Assembly: GCA_051362555.1 (NCBI GenBank)
Contig: CM120642.1
Span: 24,800,001 to 24,864,000, forward strand
From: Lingula anatina
Lineage: Eukaryota; Animalia; Brachiopoda
Direction of reading: 5' to 3'
Length of the DNA stretch: 64,000 nt
Each line of letters opens with the position of its first letter. Position 1 is the stretch's first letter. A program made the translations under genes and the position numbers. Positions 63,551 through 64,000 of this stretch are shown one piece after another. A model generated the notes under the pieces. It was not told the origin of the DNA, made no database searches, and saw only the letters and a list, made by a program, of their open reading frames with translations.

Positions 63551-64000
63551 TGACTCCATATCAAACTCAATAAACAACCAAGATTACTTGCCACAAACTC
63601 CCATTAACATTTCCCCAGAGAAATTGAAACAAGACTTGGAAAAAGAACTTAAAATGGAAGATAGCCAATTATGCAGTCACGCTTGGTTTCATGGCAGCAT
63701 ACCACGTCAGAAGGCGGAGAAGCTTGTCTTGCATGATGGGGATTTCCTTGTACGTGAATCTGTCTCTCAGCCAGGAGATTTTGTCCTGACTGTTCACTGG
63801 TGCGGTCTACCTCTGCACTTTGTGATAAACAAGCACGTGACTCAGCGGGATTCCCTCTATTCAAAAGTACAGTTTGGCTTTGAGTCAGATTTATTGGACT
63901 CAGTCCCTGACTTGGTGAGGTTCTATGTAGGCAGCAAGAAGCCAGTCACAGGGAACTCAGGAGCAGTGATATCAACTCCAGTAAATAGAACCATGCCACT
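63551..64000 (+). CDS. BCAR3: BCAR3/NSP-family (BCAR3/SH2D3C/SH2D3A) adaptor, SH2-domain exon; continues past the window end
   Basis: Acceptor cttttattttctcttttag|. The translation SPEKLKQDLEKELKMEDSQLCSHAWFHGSIPRQKAEKLVLHDGDFLVRESVSQPGDFVLTVHWCGLPLHFVINK...FDS-like LDSVPDLVRFYVGSKKPVTGNSGAVISTPVNRTMP closely follows the BCAR3 SH2 and its preceding helix as I recall them. It is missing from the ORF track because the frame runs off the edge. Confidence 0.95.

Overview
AT-rich, intron-rich DNA from an invertebrate animal (mollusc-like is my impression; the species cannot be determined). Most of the window is the 5' part of a plus-strand BCAR3/NSP-family adaptor gene. Four coding exons join in frame (41635-41741, 44253-44364, 52782-52923, 63551 to the window end) and encode a SAM domain, a Ser-rich linker and an SH2 domain. 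Putative non-coding 5' exons lie near 7.8-8.7 kb. In the long upstream region is an 862-codon ORF (11080-13668) for a very acidic protein with about 20 repeated phosphotyrosine-type motifs; it could splice in frame onto the SAM exon. 201 bp after its stop is an intact, very young Ty3/Gypsy LTR retrotransposon on the minus strand (13870-19320) with one 1631-aa gag-pol ORF, identical 98-bp LTRs with TA...TA ends, and a 5-bp ATAAT target duplication. The best candidate for an undescribed system is this element's priming apparatus. It has no tRNA-type (TGG) primer binding site. Instead an 11-nt segment of its own LTR is complementary to the PBS and closes a three-way RNA junction, suggesting Tf1-like self-priming in an element with no chromodomain. 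Several MITE families (TTAA, 5-bp and 3-bp TSD types) and simple repeats are also present. All calls were made by eye, without database searches.
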